Part shown: positions 62,123 through 64,000 of the stretch, piece by piece
How positions within the stretch are numbered: position 1 is the first letter of the stretch
How the letters are laid out: each line of letters begins with the position of its first letter
Assembly: GCA_002269645.1 (NCBI GenBank)
Contig: NIVC01002821.1
Coordinates: 1-64,000 of the forward strand
DNA from: Macrostomum lignano
Taxonomy: Eukaryota
Direction: 5' to 3'
Length of the DNA stretch: 64,000 bases
The notes under the pieces: model-generated
Databases searched by the model: none
Seen by the model: the letters and a program-made list of their open reading frames with translations, nothing else
Told to the model about the DNA's origin: nothing
Translations under genes and position numbers: made by a program

Positions 62123-62487
62123 CCATAGATATTTGAAGCGTGCAACATTGGGCCGTATGCAGAAAGCTTAGTCCAGACTAGCTAGTCCGGACTTGGGTAG
62201 TTCAGTCTATAGTCTATGGTCTAGCTACCCTAGTTCTGTCTACAGTAGACCGGTCTAACTTTGTGTTTCTGCATACCAAACCCAAGTCCAGACTTGCTTT
62301 TCAAGACCGGACTACCCTAGACAGAGCTTTCTGCAAACGGCCCTTTGTGTTTCTGCATACCAAATCCAAGTCCAGATTAGCTTTTCAAGACCGGACTACC
62401 CTAGACAGAGCTTTCTGCATACGGCCCAATCAGTTTGGGTCAGCGTACACCCATGATGCATTTGCTGCACGCTCGAAACATCTATGG
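62123..62487. mobile_element. Nested MITEs: a gggccgtatgcagaaag-TIR element (62150-62427) inside a ccataga-TIR element
   Basis: Outer ends ccatagatatttgaagcgtgcaa / ttgctgcacgctcgaaacatctatgg; inner ends gggccgtatgcagaaagc / gctttctgcatacggccc. A further ccatagacatttgaagcgtgcagc end lies at ~63260. Confidence 0.7.
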
Positions 62488-62706
62488 CCTAAACTTGGTG
62501 TTGAGCAGCCTTAAGTGAAATGATTATCATTCTATTCAACATTCGTATCTCAATTTTAACGACCGTGTATACCAAAGCTCTTGACTTACTTGACTTAGCT
62601 GCAGGGGGCTCATAGTCATGATCTACGACGCGGCATCTGGAGAACGAATTGGTGTGGTCTACTATACATTCACAAGGAGACGTGATCGGTGCCTCCTCTG
62701 CTGAGA

Positions 62707-62881
62707 ATGGCGAGCGTATTCAGCATGTTGGACGATCTGGCTCAATTAGACGTGAAAGAACTCGAGGAGCTTTTACACAGTCAGGATCAGGATTGAGATC
62801 TGCTCAATGAGATGGATCTTATGCAATATTGGACAATACGCCGAAGTCTGTTTGTTCTAGTGCAAGAAAATCGGGCGCTTC
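62707..62881 (+). pseudogene. VPS37-like exon fragment with an in-frame TGA
   Basis: MASVFSMLDDLAQLDVKELEELLHSQDQD*DLLNEMDLMQ...LVQENRAL followed by donor gtaagt; resembles the VPS37 (Mod_r) N-terminal pattern. Confidence 0.35.
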
Positions 62882-63403
62882 GTAAGTTTTGCGAGTTTCT
62901 GTCAAGCAAGAGCCACTCCTGCAGTCTGGCGACAGCCGACATTCAAAATATCACATCTCATCTTCTAAGCTTTTGTTTGTAAGATTGATGGCGCATTTTA
63001 TGCGCCTGCTTTATTGATTACCGCTCTAGCTGGTCAGTCCGCTGCCTACTTCGTGTCCGTGGAATTAATATATCATCGAGGATCAACGTTTCGAATTCCA
63101 ATCTTCAATTGAAAGCCACTGCCTATTGAATAGTTTGATATTTTGGCTCGCTTAAATTTTTATTGAAGTTTCCTTGTTTTTTTCCTGTTAACTCATACCT
63201 TGCTGCATACTGTTTAATAATGTAATATTAAATAAAGTTTTTTGTTCAGCTTGGTTTGGCCATAGACATTTGAAGCGTGCAGCAATTTGGCTTCATTGGT
63301 AGACCCCTAAAAACCCCTCCAAAATGATACAATTAAAGTTATCGCAGCAGACTGGGGAACGCGGCAAGTTAAACGCTACGTAAGTCGGTCAGCCAATCAG
63401 CTC

Positions 63404-63652
63404 TCAATAGGGCCTGAGGGTCGCCTGCACGCCCCGCAGCGCCCACTTCACCGACGGCACCCCGTCGCGCCGTAGCTCGACTTCGAATAGCGGCGTCTGC
63501 GGTGGCAGCGAAACGGCGGCTGCTTCGCTGACTGCGGCGGCCGGCTGCTGATGGCGGGAGAAGTACACCGGGCAGGAGTACACCTCGCCCTGCTTGGCCG
63601 GGTCAGCGGCCAGAGCCCGCGCCTCCTGGGTGATGCAGGTCAGCTGAAGCAC
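63404..63652 (-). CDS. Terminal exon of a dynein heavy chain; the gene extends beyond the right edge
   Basis: Acceptor ttggcag|; VYSCPVYFSR...LFEVELRRDGVPSVKWALRGVQATL* matches the dynein C-terminal Y-x-CPVY...W-x-LRGV signature. Confidence 0.8.
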   Translation of the reverse strand: MLQLTCITQEARALAADPAKQGEVYSCPVYFSRHQQPAAAVSEAAAVSLPPQTPLFEVELRRDGVPSVKWALRGVQATLRPY

Positions 63653-63697
63653 CTGCCAAAGGGGGAGGGTAAAGGCTGTCCGATTGCTAATATAGAA

Positions 63698-63940
63698 CAG
63701 CTAGGGCAGCTAATAGGACAGCTAGGGCAGCTAATAGAACAGCTAGGGCAGCTAATAGAACAGCTAGGGCAGCTAATAGGACAGCTAGGGCAGCTAATAG
63801 GACAGCTAGGGCAGCTAATAGGACAGCTAATAGGACAGCTAATAGGACAGCTAATAGGGCAGCTAATACGACAGCTAGGGCAGCTAATACGACAGCTAGG
63901 GCAGCTAATAGGACAGCTAGGGCAGCTAATAGGACAGCTG
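63698..63940. repeat. ~21-bp minisatellite in the dynein intron
   Basis: gctagggcagctaataggaca units. Confidence 0.9.
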
Positions 63941-64000
63941 GGGGAGAGCCATACTATAATTAGAAGTAATAAAACTGGACCTCTTCGTGCGCCCCGCGCG

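Noticed and set aside
62794-62796. In-frame TGA read as selenocysteine
   Set aside because: No redox motif context and no SECIS identified; a nonsense mutation is simpler.

Overview
Eukaryotic, intron-containing animal DNA. GC-rich exons, introns packed with locus-specific minisatellites and AT-rich transposon graveyards suggest the flatworm Macrostomum; this taxon call is inference only. Host genes rebuilt by hand from GT-AG splice sites are an AFAP1/SKAP-like two-PH adaptor (-), aspartylglucosaminidase AGA (-), a UPF0729/C18orf32 homologue (+), MEF2 (+), SIRT7 (-) and MINPP1 (-). Partial genes are an FkbM-type methyltransferase fragment (-), the last exon of a dynein heavy chain (-) and a signal-peptide exon of a gene running off the left edge. 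The main mobile element is an apparently intact ~4.0-kb Mutator-like element (TIRs, 8-bp TSD) encoding a PHD-polyQ/H-FLYWCH-MULE transposase. Others are a decayed second PHD-FLYWCH family, two DD34D mariner relics, a 4.1-kb CCC...GGG EnSpm-like element that splits an ORF, several hAT/Mutator MITEs with TSDs, tRNA-derived SINE-like copies and a LINE RT/RNaseH relic. The best leads are the PHD-bearing Mutator clade, splice acceptors just before most start codons (possible trans-splicing/operons), and CpG decay in transposon subrepeats. All homology calls come from motif recognition; no database searches were run.
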